Origin: Paramoeba atlantica
Taxonomy: Eukaryota > Protista > Discosea
Length of the DNA stretch: 64,000 bases
Direction: 5' to 3'
NCBI GenBank assembly: GCA_977017575.1
Contig: CDRNVI010000029.1
Location: 744,001 to 808,000 of the forward strand
Shown: positions 21,801 to 34,039 of the stretch, piece after piece
Numbering within the stretch: position 1 is the first letter of the stretch
Layout: each line of letters starts with the position of its first letter
Translations under genes and position numbers: made by a program
The notes under the pieces: model-generated
What the model was told of the DNA's origin: nothing
What the model saw: the letters and a program-made list of their open reading frames with translations, nothing else
The model's database searches: none

Positions 21801-22141
21801 TTAGCTCGGGAATCTGGGGTCGCTAAGCCCCATCATCCGACAAAAGTCGAATACCCTGACTACCGCATACTTACAAGGATATAAAGGGGGGGTCACGAAA
21901 AAGGTGGGGGGTCTAAAATTTGTACCGTGCGAGCTTTTGACCTAATTCCTTCAGCATTCAACAGATCTCGAAATTTTAAGACTACTGGCACCATTGTTGC
22001 CGCCCCTGAAGCTGATATGACGTCATGTTAAAATTTTACTGAATTTTTTACCTGAAAATTCTGCAAAAAATCGGATTTTTATCAATTTAGCCCATTAATC
22101 TATGAATAAAATACCACTTAACTCTTTCTAACACATCTTTT

Positions 22142-23510
22142 ATGCCGAAAACACTTCGCCGCCAGAGGCGCACCCTCTCGACGCAACAAATCACTTATGA
22201 AACACGTGTAATTTGCGTCCATGAGGTACAAAACCAGGGACGTTCGATTACAGACACTGCTGCTCTTATGAAATGCAGTGAAGCAACTGTCTCTCGATGG
22301 GTTAAGCGCCGCCGGGAGACAGGAGGGTTAGAACGTATAAAATACATACGTAAGAATGCGATTGATAATGAAGAGTTTCGAATAATGTTAGAATCTATTG
22401 TAGATGAAGAAAATCAACGTAGTCCCATTGGCTGTCCATCTTGGAGGTTTGTTCACCACCAGATCGATCAAACCAAGTACCCATGCTCTCTTTCGTCTGT
22501 GAAAAGATCACTGAAAAGGAGCGGGTACATAAGCAGAAAAATGAGGAAAGTTCCTCATCTCACGCCTCAGCAAAAATTCGACCGCCTGGAGTTGGCAAAT
22601 CGTTTGGAGAGGTTCACCCCTTTTCAATACGCCCGTATTCTGTGGACGGATGAAAAGATTTTTAAATGCGGGTACCACTCACGCAATATTTGGTACATTT
22701 GCAAAAGGTCAGATGAACCCCTTGAGGTACCAAAAGATGTTGAGAAATATTTCGGAGGAAAGGGGGTTCATATTTGGATGGCGGTGAGCCTTGAATGGGG
22801 GGTTCCCAAGGTTCACTGTTTTCATGAGTTTGAGGAGAATGAGACGGTCACTAATGAAACGTTTCTCTCTGAATTGTTCATCATCGTATTTGTAACAAAT
22901 AGAAAGATACCACACAATAACATATTCGTTTCACCAGCGCATATTTCCTTCTGCATATATTACTAATAACACTTTGAACTCGTGTAATCCAATCCAAAGA
23001 TAAAATATTTTTTCACTGGGACGTCCCTTCATATAAATCATAACTTCCAACCAATCACTGTCCTACACTGTATACCTTGCGATCGGGTAGTACCACGCGG
23101 GGACCACCCGGGAGTGGTTTGGGGGATGGTGGGCGGGGCAACTTTCCTTACGCGAATAGGGAGTGAAAGACAAACTACAAGGTGACAATTGTAATTTTTC
23201 TATAAACATATTAATCACATATTAATAGATCATAATAAAATATTATTATGTGCCCCGTAGGGCCAAACATGCCCTCTATAATATAGAAAACCTGCAAATC
23301 CTCTTCAAACATTTCTTTTCGTAAACTATAAGCCATGACAAAACGAAATGGTTTCTACAACTGGTTAAAGCGTAAACCAGCGGCAACAGTGATCATGGAT
23401 AACGCTCCGGGCCATAATCACGCTCGACGCGTCGGCAGAGACATGGGTATCAGCATTCCTGATTGGCCTGCCAAGTCGCCGGATTTAAAGTTTCGCAAGA
23501 GACGTATGCT
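22142..23510 (+). pseudogene. Tc1/mariner transposase, interrupted
   Basis: 22142..22966 has HTH domains, RKVPHLT, ILWTDEK and IWMAVS. The remaining IMDNAPGH...WPAKSPDL lies at ~23390-23490 after unrelated DNA. Confidence 0.8.
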
Positions 23511-23765
23511 CCCAGAAATTCAGGCCGAAAGGGCTATGTTGTACCCAAAAAGATTCCAGAAGCTGAAATTGACACTGCTTCCTCGCGCTCACGTGACGCT
23601 TGTTGCGGTTAATCAATAGATTGAGGCGTCAAAAGCGCTCTTCAAGTAAGAGGGAAGCGCGATGTACGAGTGCGGGAGGTCCGAGGAAACCTCAAAATTT
23701 CCGTGCTCCAAATATATCCGGAAGAGGCGGCCGGACTCTGCGGATGATGATGATACCAGCTATTT

Positions 23766-24047
23766 TCAGGAACGCTTCCCCCATTGCGATAGGGCGACAG
23801 GCCGGGAGCTCGTCAGTAGGGGGGGATTCTCTTTTCGGATTAGCAAAAGTCGGGATGTCGTAAGTTCGTTTCGGAGATCAGGCTTTAATTTGTTGTTTAG
23901 AATGCCTTCCAGGGTCCACACCAGGCATTCGAAGACTTCCGGGATATCCAAGAAAGGGAAAACCAACTCCCGGGTCCATGCCGATGTACCGGGGGCGTCC
24001 CCCCGTGCCATGTGAGAAACTCCGTCTCGGACCTCTTCCTCGTTCAA
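23766..24047 (-). pseudogene. CRE-like reverse transcriptase N-terminal fragment
   Basis: APGTSAWTREL...SRLLLIRK...RPVALS matches the APG.SGW/RL..L.K/RPIA motifs at the start of CRE-clade RT. Confidence 0.7.
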
Positions 24048-24048
24048 T

Positions 24049-24790
24049 TTAACATCCTTCGTTGGGCGGATAGCTAGGTCTGGTATAACCCCATCCTATT
24101 CTAATAGACCGATTTTCATCGGTTAAGAGCACTTCCGTTTTTGTTTTCAAAAAAACAAAAAACTTTACAGGTTTTGTGCACCTGCGAGAGCCAAGGTGTC
24201 TTGCCTTATCATTGTATACTGTATGTTCCCGTTGTGCGATTTCACTTTGCACAAGTAACACCTTTTATCTCTTGCCTGGGTAGTTCGTATTTCGAGATCT
24301 AATTTCTCTGGTGTAAAGTAGCCTTTTTTGTGGAATTTTTCCGCTACCCGTAGCGCGACGTCCGGGGGAAGAGGAGTTCGTGAAGAGTCGAGCGCCCGTG
24401 CTGCTCTGCCAAGTGCGCGTGCTATTGCCAATAGATCAGCTCTCAGTGTGCTCGATATCGGGCTCTGCATCCTTTTCTCTGTTTGCTCGTGAAAAGTTGG
24501 TTCCATAGAAGTGCTTCGGTAGCGTATTTCATGTGCCATGGCTCTTTCACTCATATGCTGTCGAGTAAGTAACATATAGCGTTTTACAGCTTCGGTTAAT
24601 TTCCATACAAGCGCAATTTTCCCTTCTTGCGCGCTTTCGCGAAAAGGAAGGCATATCTTCTTTCAGATCTCCTTCCACGGGGGTATCTGCGCATGGGAGG
24701 AAGAGAAAGAAGCTCCATGAAAGGAAGTATTGCTTCTATATTTTCTGGTTCATGCGGCCTATTTACGTCGTTTACTATTCTTTCGAGCAA
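24049..24790 (-). pseudogene. RNase H-containing retroelement fragment
   Basis: RADLLAIARAL and YLCKVKSHNGNI motifs, frameshifted. Related to 11433..11771 and the RNase H in 14811..17450. Confidence 0.55.
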
Positions 24791-24819
24791 TGTTCCTTCG
24801 GGGGACGCATCCTCCGTTC

Positions 24820-25221
24820 AAAACAAAAATCATTCCGGATTGCTCCGGATGGTCACTGGCAAGCCAGACCCTTCACAGACAGATTTGGAAGTTCCGAGGC
24901 CGACGTCCTCTACCAGTTCCCGCTTGCCCAAGGCGGCACCAACGCGCTGTTACCAACACGATGAGCCCACGAATTGTACGTCGACACGGCTCACCCAAGA
25001 GGTGTGAGCCGGGTAAGGGAGCTGGTTCCATGAGGGGGGGTCCAAAAATCCAAAACAAAAATCCATAATGGGGGGGTCCGGGACGGTCCTCCAAGTACTG
25101 GGCCTAGTCGGTTCTCAGCCAAGCCTCTTAGAGTGGCCGCCGGGAATAATGCGTTGAGCGGGTTTGAACTCGCCGTCTGAGCACCATGTTCTTCAAACTT
25201 TGAATTCTTGCCACTCCGCCA
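24820..25221 (-). mobile_element. SINE family 1 copy with a small internal tail-like insertion
   Basis: Matches SINE1 from head (25221) to tail (24820). Extra AAAAATCCAAAACAAAAATCC block at ~25040-25070. Confidence 0.85.
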
Positions 25222-25252
25222 ACACAAAGGCTTTACGCGCTAAAAACCGGAA

Positions 25253-25897
25253 TCAAAAAAATAATTCATGATAGTTTATATATTTAACATTTACCATTTT
25301 TTCACTTTTTCGCCTCTCAATCAACGCTTTGAGGCGAGCATCGAAACTCAAAACAGTTTTATCAATCATTTTGTGTGGCAAACGAGACCACGCATTGCGT
25401 ATGCATCGGATGAGTGAGGATTTGTCTGATGGGGTCTTCTCGTCCACCACCTCTTGGACCATAGGCCAGGCGTTTTCTATGGGGGAAAGGTCTGGTGAAT
25501 TGGGGGGCCAATTTTTCGATAGATCTTTCATTCTATTCCAAGTTTTGCTCCAATTTCTTCGAGATTCAATACATTCTTTTCGTTCAGGGCTCAAAGTGTA
25601 TTCTGGGGTCAAGTTTTCTTCGCTAAGGTATTTTCTTACAATCTTTACTGAGAGGTTAAAATAACGAGACAATTGCTTTTTTGGTACACCTCGACCGTAT
25701 CTCATCCTCAATAGAACTTTTCCACTGTTTGTAAGTCCCCTTTTCGGCAACCGAAATGCGGATTTAGGCATTTTTGGGAAAGAGTGAATTTTTTTTTTTG
25801 AAGTTTTTAAAATGAGCTGAAAACAGCGGGAACGTGGAGATCTCAAATTTTTGAACGACAAAGCGGTGCCGTAACCACCTTTACTCCCCCTGTACAA
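25253..25897 (-). pseudogene. Internally deleted Tc1/mariner transposase
   Basis: HTH-like N-terminus fused directly to WPPNSPDLSPIENAW. The first two catalytic D motifs are missing. Confidence 0.8.
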
Positions 25898-26190
25898 AAA
25901 AAAGAGGGGGGTGACTTATTCGCTGTGGGGGGTTTGTAATAGAAGAAAAAAATATAACAGGGGGCTCCGGTGGTCGAAAACTGAAAAAAAAAATTGAAAA
26001 AAATGGGGGGTCCATGGGGGGGGCATACGTCGCGATTTTTTTTTTCGAATTTTTTGCTTTTCGAAATCGAGCGCAGGGAAGTGGTAGAGTATGCCGCGGC
26101 GATAATTTTCCACCCCCCCCCCCCTGGTACGCGCAGGAAGGGTCTGACAAGGTCAAAATTTGGAGCATTTGCGCACTCGAAAAATTCGAT
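25880..26190. repeat. Dispersed repeat, inverted homologue of 8341..8630
   Basis: See 8341..8630. Confidence 0.8.
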
Positions 26191-26736
26191 TTTTCGAAAA
26201 ACGTTCGAAAACGTTCGTTGAATCTTCAACGAACGGGCCCTCAAGCCGGTTTGTATTTCGTATGAAATACAAATTTATATAGGATAGCGAGGGAGTAGTA
26301 TCTCCCTCAGCAAGTAACATACTTGTAAGTGTATAAGTAACACTCTTTTTTCTAAAAGGAAAAGAAATATTTTTTTGTTTTCAAAAATGGTCCAAAATAG
26401 CGGGAAGGTAGATTCAGAGCCCCGAACTACCCAATACTAAAAATATACCCAATACCAGCGAACTACCCAATACTAAAAAAAGCACGTTGTGCAGCAAGAG
26501 GTTAACTAAAGGAGGCAGCAAGCATACAGCAAAAGAAAAAACTACATCAGCGAACAATACTGAAGGAAAATCAAGACAACTCGACAAAGTCAAGTAGTGA
26601 AGAAAGAGCATCAGATTCATATAAAAGATACGCAAGACGTGTGAAGCTTAACTAAAATTTGGAAATAGTGTTTCTAAATATTTTTTGCATTACGGTTCTT
26701 TTGTTTAATGGTGTCTCCATACTGTTATGGCAAAAA

Positions 26737-27996
26737 TTACCAAGCAAGGAAAGTAGATTTTCTTGGGAAATTGTGAGCAACACTCCTCGTTAAGTTAGCT
26801 TGAGAGTTTCCCTTTATATTCTTCATAGACCTAGGGAAAAGGATTGAGCGGAAACAAAAAGACATATACTGAAGGTCCGCATACTTGGAATACATGTCAA
26901 CAAAATAATTGGATTGCATGAATCGTTGATTTACACTGGTATGTGCTTGTGGGTATTCGTACTTGAGAATCGAATTTATTGAAAGCCAGTTGAACCTCCA
27001 ACAGCGAAGAAAGCAGTGTGGACGTGGGCGTCTAGATATTTGAAAATATTTTCTGCATGTATATTTCCAAACGGATGCCATTAAAGTACCCCTCGATATA
27101 CGCAAGGTTGGATTAACTTCGTCCATAGGCGGAGCAGAAACTACAGAAGAGGTATCAACAAAAGTTCTCTGAATCGGCTTGGGAACGAAATACGGTCGCG
27201 GAGAGAAGTTTAAGCTGCTTAAATTAGGACGTGGATCCGAGCGCCTCGCTCGAGAAAAGTTGTTGTTGACGCTTGCCACATGGTGGCATTCCTGCTCTAA
27301 GGAAGTACAGGTTGCAGTTCTTCTACGGTGCTCAATTTCCTTGTATGTGGTTTGCTCGATGTTAAACCACTCAACTGGGGGCCCAAGAAAAATAACAGGT
27401 AGAGGCACAGAGGGAAGACTCAAAGGTAACTTGTGCAGAGATGCATCCTTTACACTTATAAAACATTTTTTCGTAGGTGCATAGTATTGCACATGCCTTG
27501 CTGCAAAGACTAGCAAGCGGCTTTTCGAGACCGCATCGTGAACGCGTCGCCACTTGGAGTTGTAATACACTGAAGGGGAGGAGGAAGCACATGTTACTGG
27601 ATGATGCTTTAGAAAGGCCGCGATGTGCTCTTCTGTGGCATAGTTCAGTGGGGCCGCAATGGTCGTCGGACGAAAAAGGATTCCGCGTTCCCCAGATTTT
27701 ATAACTGCATCATTGTTTTCAAAAAACCTCCTCGTGCCCCATTTTTGGGATGAAAAAGACTTTGTGGAGGGAGATTGCTCAAGCAAGTCACACAATTCTG
27801 CGTTAACCGGAGATTTCGTCCTTATATTAATGTAAATTGACATTGCCTGGGTTAGTTGCACTAGGCTAGATACAACATGTACGATAACAAGGTACAACGT
27901 AACAGTAAATCGAGGTTTTATACATGAAGTTTTAATCATGAAGCACAATTTCTGGTTACGTGAATAATTCAGATTTTTTTTACTTTGACGATTCAA
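26737..27996 (-). CDS. Hypothetical protein (<=419 aa; start uncertain)
   Basis: Long ORF co-directional with the cluster. Listed start is TTG. No family recognised. Confidence 0.45.
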   Translation of the reverse strand: MNRQSKKNLNYSRNQKLCFMIKTSCIKPRFTVTLYLVIVHVVSSLVQLTQAMSIYINIRTKSPVNAELCDLLEQSPSTKSFSSQKWGTRRFFENNDAVIKSGERGILFRPTTIAAPLNYATEEHIAAFLKHHPVTCASSSPSVYYNSKWRRVHDAVSKSRLLVFAARHVQYYAPTKKCFISVKDASLHKLPLSLPSVPLPVIFLGPPVEWFNIEQTTYKEIEHRRRTATCTSLEQECHHVASVNNNFSRARRSDPRPNLSSLNFSPRPYFVPKPIQRTFVDTSSVVSAPPMDEVNPTLRISRGTLMASVWKYTCRKYFQISRRPRPHCFLRCWRFNWLSINSILKYEYPQAHTSVNQRFMQSNYFVDMYSKYADLQYMSFCFRSILFPRSMKNIKGNSQANLTRSVAHNFPRKSTFLAW

Positions 27997-28346
27997 CGTG
28001 AATATTCCTGATGAGTCCTGTCCCCATGTTTTCTGCAGTTCCCTACTACTACACTACTATACTAGCTCAGTGAAATATTTTGAACTGCTACATTTTAACG
28101 GTCGATAATTCGAATTGATACATGTATGTTTGTCTAGTGTTTGAACATTTAATTCTGCTTCGTTTACTAAAATTTCGAAAGCGGCCTAATGAGCAACGTT
28201 TTCTAATGGAGCCGACTAAAGAACACAGCCGCTGTTGTGAAACCCAGGTGAAGGGTATGTCATGTGGTGAAAGGTCGACTTTTCGTCCTGACTCTGCCGA
28301 TTAACGTTAAGTAAACGTAAATCCAGCCATGAGCATACTCCACACG

Positions 28347-30548
28347 CTAAAGAAGTAGCAATTTTTCGATTACTGCGTGTATTTGTAGAAATAGAGCTTT
28401 CGTTAACATTTTCGATTCACTCTGAAACAATAAAAACTCTTGCAGCAATGCGCCTACTGTCTCATAAGTTAATTCACATGAACGCAGTCGTGTACGAATT
28501 GATCTCAAAAGTGCTTCGTCTGAATTCAATTCGTTCAATTCTGTGCTAATCGTCGCTAATAGCAAACTACTGTATGCAGCCACAAGACAATGCGCGGTGC
28601 TAAGATAAGACTTTTCGGTGGACGTAAAATATAATGATATCTGACACAGCAAGGAATTGATAAAGTTTATGTGACGCCCTAGGTATCGAGATGACTTCAT
28701 ATTCCGTTCTCTATCGGAAAGACGAGTACACAAATCATTAATCGTCGTAGGTGATTTGCATAGGTTGCAGAGGGTTCCTAAAACAAGAGCTTTAACTTCA
28801 ACGGCCTCTTCTATCAGGCCAGAAATTTTTCTACCAAAAAGATCATGAATATTGCAAAACAAATCAAGATATACATCCTGACTCATCAATTCAGCGCAAA
28901 CATGATTATTGGAGAGGTTAAGAAGAATTTTAGCACAGCTTAAGTGCCTTTCCACTTCTCGCGTGTTGAAAGGCTTATCGACCAATATCGCTTTAATCGC
29001 ACGACATATATCTAGCAATGCGCCGTTAGTGTCTACATTCGTACTCTGTCGTATGATCTTCTCCGATATTCTACTCTCAGCGCTATCTTTACTATCACTT
29101 ATCAAACACGTTAAACTTAGCTCCTCAATACACGAAAGAGAGGCAAGAATTATGGAACGAAGGTTTGAATCCAAATCTTTAGAAATATACTCTTCAACAA
29201 TTTTCATAAAGGACTCGGAGTGCAGAAGTTGAAAACATGTTGTCTGTGCCACACTCAGTGCCCTTGGACTTGAAATATCCGTCGTGACGTGAGGCGACGA
29301 TAAGCTGTGCTCTTCTGGACATGAAAAACTTAGAAAAGAACGCTGTGAATTTGGACTACCCTCTCCTTGACTTTGTGATACTTTAATATCACTCTCTTCC
29401 TCATCCAAAGCTTCAGGATTTTGAGCCCAAGATGGTTGAAGAATTATGGTGAGCAACTTTAAATACCCGAATAGGGTTCTGTGCGAGGTTTTCCATGCTT
29501 CGTATACGTGCTGTGAGATGTGACTTGAAGATACGAGAATCGATGTATTTTCTTGATCAGTGCCTTGATCCATTCCAGACCGACGCTCTATGGGAAGAGA
29601 TAGTTCATGTGAACGCGTACTTTGATCAACTTTCTTCATGTTCAATTGAGTTTCTACTCTTTTACCAAGCTGTAACCAACTACCTTTTCTATAATTTGAG
29701 CGCTGTGCATTAAACTCTGAGCGAATAGAATTAGCGCTTGAGGGGTGATTTTCCGGTCTGGACGATATTTCGGATTCTTTCTCTACTGATTCGCAGATCC
29801 TATCGAGTACCATTCTAAGGCATCCATCAGTAAAATACGTATGGTTCGCGTAATCTCGAAAAAGAAGAAACAAAATTTCAAAGAAATACTCTTTGTCGTC
29901 GTTCTTCGCCCATTCAAACTCGGTGTTGCATGACGTAATTGCTTCAACAAAGCTTTTAAAATTTCCGCTCCTGCGCAGGCCGTTCGTTACCGCGGTTGGT
30001 GATTCACGCACCAAAGTATGAAGCTCCTTTAATGTGCTTCGCTTATTTGAAGAGTTTGCAAGCATCGCCGATAAGAAAAGACAATGCTCTACGACCGGTG
30101 CACATCTATTACTCTGTATGTGAAGTTGACTAGGAAAAACTTCAGAATTTGTTGAAAGAGCAGCAACGGTTTCCTCAACTTCATTAGACATTTTCCCTAT
30201 TTTTTCCCGCGGGGAATGCTTTCCTTTGCCGTTACCCTGATGTACGGAGCCAGTCTCAGAATAAATTCGTTTCGTTCTTGAATATGAGTTTGTGTATGTG
30301 GATGCATAACGTTCATCAGAAAAGGAAGAGAAAAAAGAGCGATGCTCGGAAGCTTCTTCTTCTAACAAGGAAGTCCCTTTATTCTGTGTGGGTAACTTAA
30401 CATCGCCTAAATGAAAAGGAGGAGTGTATGATTCTTTATTTGTGGTTCCATTCGACATAGGCAAGTCTCTAGAGTTTACGCACCGCGCAGCAAAGCTATC
30501 TATTTTATCTACTAAATTCCGAGTACTCACGGGACGTCTCTTTGGCAT
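28347..30548 (-). CDS. WAPL-like (cohesin release factor) ARM-repeat protein
   Basis: Low-complexity N-terminus followed by C-terminal motifs KILLNLSNN, LVLGTLCNL, LVAAYSSLLLA and LQEFLLFQ, in the order typical of the WAPL domain. Confidence 0.6.
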   Translation of the reverse strand: MPKRRPVSTRNLVDKIDSFAARCVNSRDLPMSNGTTNKESYTPPFHLGDVKLPTQNKGTSLLEEEASEHRSFFSSFSDERYASTYTNSYSRTKRIYSETGSVHQGNGKGKHSPREKIGKMSNEVEETVAALSTNSEVFPSQLHIQSNRCAPVVEHCLFLSAMLANSSNKRSTLKELHTLVRESPTAVTNGLRRSGNFKSFVEAITSCNTEFEWAKNDDKEYFFEILFLLFRDYANHTYFTDGCLRMVLDRICESVEKESEISSRPENHPSSANSIRSEFNAQRSNYRKGSWLQLGKRVETQLNMKKVDQSTRSHELSLPIERRSGMDQGTDQENTSILVSSSHISQHVYEAWKTSHRTLFGYLKLLTIILQPSWAQNPEALDEEESDIKVSQSQGEGSPNSQRSFLSFSCPEEHSLSSPHVTTDISSPRALSVAQTTCFQLLHSESFMKIVEEYISKDLDSNLRSIILASLSCIEELSLTCLISDSKDSAESRISEKIIRQSTNVDTNGALLDICRAIKAILVDKPFNTREVERHLSCAKILLNLSNNHVCAELMSQDVYLDLFCNIHDLFGRKISGLIEEAVEVKALVLGTLCNLCKSPTTINDLCTRLSDRERNMKSSRYLGRHINFINSLLCQISLYFTSTEKSYLSTAHCLVAAYSSLLLATISTELNELNSDEALLRSIRTRLRSCELTYETVGALLQEFLLFQSESKMLTKALFLQIHAVIEKLLLL

Positions 30549-31245
30549 GAACTAATATGCGGTGCAAACTACGAAAACATGGATGTATCTGTTTTAAAAA
30601 CTCATAAAGTAAAACTTTTTCAAGGTACTAAAGATTATATCGCCTGGGAAATTTAGTTTTCCGGCAACTCGCTTACAAGGATCGTGCGCGAGATCCTGTA
30701 CCGATAAACGTGATCAAAAAATATAATGTGAATTCAGCCTCGCAATACACGCTATTATTCTCGTATCTCTCCAAGGTACAATCCTTGGACGGCGACCTGT
30801 GTAAATACTGTCCCCCCCCCACTTAAGCGCAACCAGGTTTCAATAATTGCGCAACCAGGTTTAATTGCGCAAGCCGGGTCAAAAAAAGGGGTGAAAAAAA
30901 ATCATGAGTTCTGTACGCGGGGTACCCTGGGGGGCTGCTTTTTACATACTCCCCCTGTCATTAAATTTTATAAATTATATTTTATAACAAAAATTGAAAT
31001 ACACCCAAGCCAAAAATTATTATCGCTAAATTTCATGGCACAAAAAATATTTTTTTTTTAGTTAAAAGTTGTCAATTTTTGGCGAGAAACATTTTTTTAA
31101 TTTTTTTGTTCAATTTTACGATATGCAGAATTCTAAAGATACAAGGCTACATCGATTATTATCTGAATGTTAATTTTCGATACCTTCTGAGGTGCTCTTT
31201 CATGACGTTTTCATGCAAACTGCTTTATTGGTGCCTACTAATCTC

Positions 31246-31827
31246 TCATTTTCCTTTCTCCACTTTTATCTTTGTGCCTTCCACCCATTCCTTCTTTATG
31301 ACCAACGGTGCTCGAAAATCAACACTCCCAACGAGATCGCTATTCCAAGAAATATCGAAGCACGTTAATTGTAACGGTAAGGTGTGAAAGAGAACTTCTC
31401 CTGAAAACTTGTTTCGATTCAGATCGATCAAACTTAGGAAGGGAGGCAAACCGCTTAATGAAATTGGTCCCGAAAACTCATTTTTAGAGAGATTCAAGAA
31501 CCTCAGCTGCTTTGGCAAAGACGCAAACTCAACCGGGCCCGAGAGCCTATTCATTGTTAAATCGAGGTACGTGACAGTGTGAGGCACACTTCCCCATGTA
31601 GGGCTTCCGCTCAACGATGCCTCGTGCCACAACACATAGGCGACCTCCCCCGGGGTGGTGCATACGACCTGGGCCCACGAACATGCGGGGTTGTGAATCG
31701 TCCACGTGTGGTGTATGTTGTGCATGTCCTGCGTGAAGCGCACGAGGTCATATTCCTGGGGTAGGGCGAAATTTCGTACACGGCCGGCCCGGACGGTGTC
31801 ACGAGTGAAACAAGGAGAAATGGTCAT
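31246..31827 (-). CDS. Leucine-rich repeat protein (plant-type LRRNT + LxxLxLxxNxFSG repeats)
   Basis: ACSWAQVVC cap. Repeats LDLTMNRLSGPV, LNLSKNEFSGPI, IDLNRNKFSGEV. Confidence 0.85.
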   Translation of the reverse strand: MTISPCFTRDTVRAGRVRNFALPQEYDLVRFTQDMHNIHHTWTIHNPACSWAQVVCTTPGEVAYVLWHEASLSGSPTWGSVPHTVTYLDLTMNRLSGPVEFASLPKQLRFLNLSKNEFSGPISLSGLPPFLSLIDLNRNKFSGEVLFHTLPLQLTCFDISWNSDLVGSVDFRAPLVIKKEWVEGTKIKVEKGK

Positions 31828-32064
31828 GGGGTTACGAAGTTAAAAAGCTTCTGAAAAGGAAAACGACCACTACACCAGGGGTAAAGGATTAGAGGTCACG
31901 GTTAGAAATGGATTCAATAAAAGATTCAAAAAATGTTGCTTTCAATTAAATCATGTTCTCACAGTGCAATCTACAACATTAGGGAACGATGAATCATATA
32001 TGTATGCGAGGTGAATAAGCCTTTCCCCTCTCGTTGGGATTACGCATGACAGCGAATGCGAAAC

Positions 32065-32997
32065 CTATTCCCTCTGAAGATTTTCTGTGTCATTATATTC
32101 TTGGTGCGTTGCAAACCGAAACGAAATGTTGTACTCTTTTGCCAAGTCTAGCAATACGCGCGGATGCGATAAAAAGCCTGACCCATATTTCCCATTCTGC
32201 GGCGAATACGCCGCCCTCGTCGCGTCCAACACAATACAAACCTCATATCCCGCAGCCGCGATCGTCAACGCGGTGTCCATTACACAGAAATCAAGCGCCA
32301 CGCCACAAACGTACACCCGTCTTAACTTTTCTTTACGAAAAAACTCCGCAAGCGAGACACGTTCCAGTACCGCACAAACATCCGGGGGAGCATTCACATT
32401 GTCTCCCCCCGCACTACACTGCAGCACAAACGACCCCGTCCACTCTAACGAACCGTTCTTCCTTCGTGGGAGTACCCTCTGCCACTCACCCCGCTTTACC
32501 AACGCCTCGGTGTAGGGAAACGCCCCGAAAGAGTCCATATCGGTATGAATCCCTTTATGAACCACCACGACGTGCCGAGGGGCTTGCGCTCGTAAGGCTT
32601 GCAACTTTATGCCCAGAGGTTTGGTAAACTCAGCCCCATAGGAACCCTGAACGCAATGGGGGGGAAAGCCTCCCCCATGGTTGACAAAACTACAATGGTC
32701 TTGGGGATGGTAATCTTTCGTGGCCACGACATGGGCTCCAGAGTCTATTGCTTTTTCGGAGAGCTCCATAATCAAATCCACAATTTCGTGGGCTTCAGGA
32801 ATGGCCAACGAACCGCCGGGCATAAAGTCGTTTTGCATATCAACAATAAGGAAGGCGTCATGGGGGGTAAAGGTCAGGGGGGAGGGAAGATTAATATTTT
32901 TGTTTAAGGGGGAGAGGGAGGGGAGGAGGGGGGAGAGTTTATTTTCGGAGGCGTAGAGCAGGGTGAGGTATTCGTGGAAGAGGGGGGATGTGGGCAT
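32065..32997 (-). CDS. Nicotinamidase / isochorismatase-family cysteine hydrolase (PNC1/PncA-like)
   Basis: IVDMQNDFMPGGSL, TKDYHP.DH.SF, PPHCVQGS.GA, HKG, SFGAF, GVALDFCV. First ATG is at 32997. Confidence 0.9.
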   Translation of the reverse strand: MPTSPLFHEYLTLLYASENKLSPLLPSLSPLNKNINLPSPLTFTPHDAFLIVDMQNDFMPGGSLAIPEAHEIVDLIMELSEKAIDSGAHVVATKDYHPQDHCSFVNHGGGFPPHCVQGSYGAEFTKPLGIKLQALRAQAPRHVVVVHKGIHTDMDSFGAFPYTEALVKRGEWQRVLPRRKNGSLEWTGSFVLQCSAGGDNVNAPPDVCAVLERVSLAEFFRKEKLRRVYVCGVALDFCVMDTALTIAAAGYEVCIVLDATRAAYSPQNGKYGSGFLSHPRVLLDLAKEYNISFRFATHQEYNDTENLQRE

Positions 32998-33441
32998 GGA
33001 GGGGGGAAAGAGCAAAGACGGGTAAAGAAACAGGTAGGTTTCAGGTTGTGTCGGATTACAAAGGGGAAAGGGTTGTGGACCAACTCATCATAATAAGAGA
33101 AAAATCCTGTGAAAATATGTTGAGAAATAGTAAAGGTAGTCTTGACCACTAGAAATGCTCTCGGGCGGGCGTACATAATTCTAAAGGCGTGTTCCGGAAG
33201 AGCAAACTTTCTTTTGGGGTGTCTGTACACCTGAACAAAAATGCAAGGAACCTGTCGTGTAAAAATGAAAGGAACCTGTCGTGTGAAAAGAGTAACGAGG
33301 TAGACCTCAAGCATTGTAGTGTATATTTGATCACTGAACGTGATTCAGGAAAGCAGACGAGGAGAAATGGGGCCAATGAGTCGTACCTTCTACAGCGGTC
33401 GAAACGACTACACCGCTATGAATCGCTCTTTCCTTAAGTAA

Positions 33442-33759
33442 TTACCCTCTACGTTCCTTGGTGCGCTTTCTTTGCTCTTTTCTCCTGGAAAATTCTGCAG
33501 CTATTTCATCAGAATCAGAGCCATACAAAGGGTAAATGGTATGGTAAAATTCACTCAAGACGTCTTTACCATCGTCAAAATTGTTTGTGCCATGTTTGTT
33601 GCGCGCCTTCTCTAAGTCCGAATCCGAGAGAGGCAAATAATGGAGATCAATACCCTTTTTTGCATCAACAAAAACTCCCGGCGAATCAGTCACCATATTT
33701 TTGAATACCTCTACACCATTTTCCAAGTCTTCAGCGGTGATTGAGCTCGGCCAAGGCAT
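33442..33759 (-). CDS. Small hypothetical protein (105 aa)
   Basis: ATG-initiated, co-directional, plausible composition. No family recognised. Confidence 0.5.
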   Translation of the reverse strand: MPWPSSITAEDLENGVEVFKNMVTDSPGVFVDAKKGIDLHYLPLSDSDLEKARNKHGTNNFDDGKDVLSEFYHTIYPLYGSDSDEIAAEFSRRKEQRKRTKERRG

Positions 33760-34039
33760 TTAAACAATCTACAAGTAATAGTCTGCATAAAAAATAATAC
33801 GTTGCCCGTCACATCTTAATGAGAGGAAATAAATTAATGTACGGGCGAATGCCTCATGCATAAGAAATACACGACTTCAGATATTCTCGATACATGTCCG
33901 TATATCAAATTAATTCCGTATATCAAGTTAAATACGAATCCAGTAACGATATCGGAATAATTTCGTATTCGATCAAAGTTGGATAAGTTCACAAACATTA
34001 CATTACTATAAACACTATAACAAACTATTGTATGATCTT

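Noticed and set aside
21329-21884. Arg/Gly- or Pro/Ala-rich proteins in several frames
   Set aside because: Open frames arise from the lack of T, and hence of stops, in a low-complexity tract.
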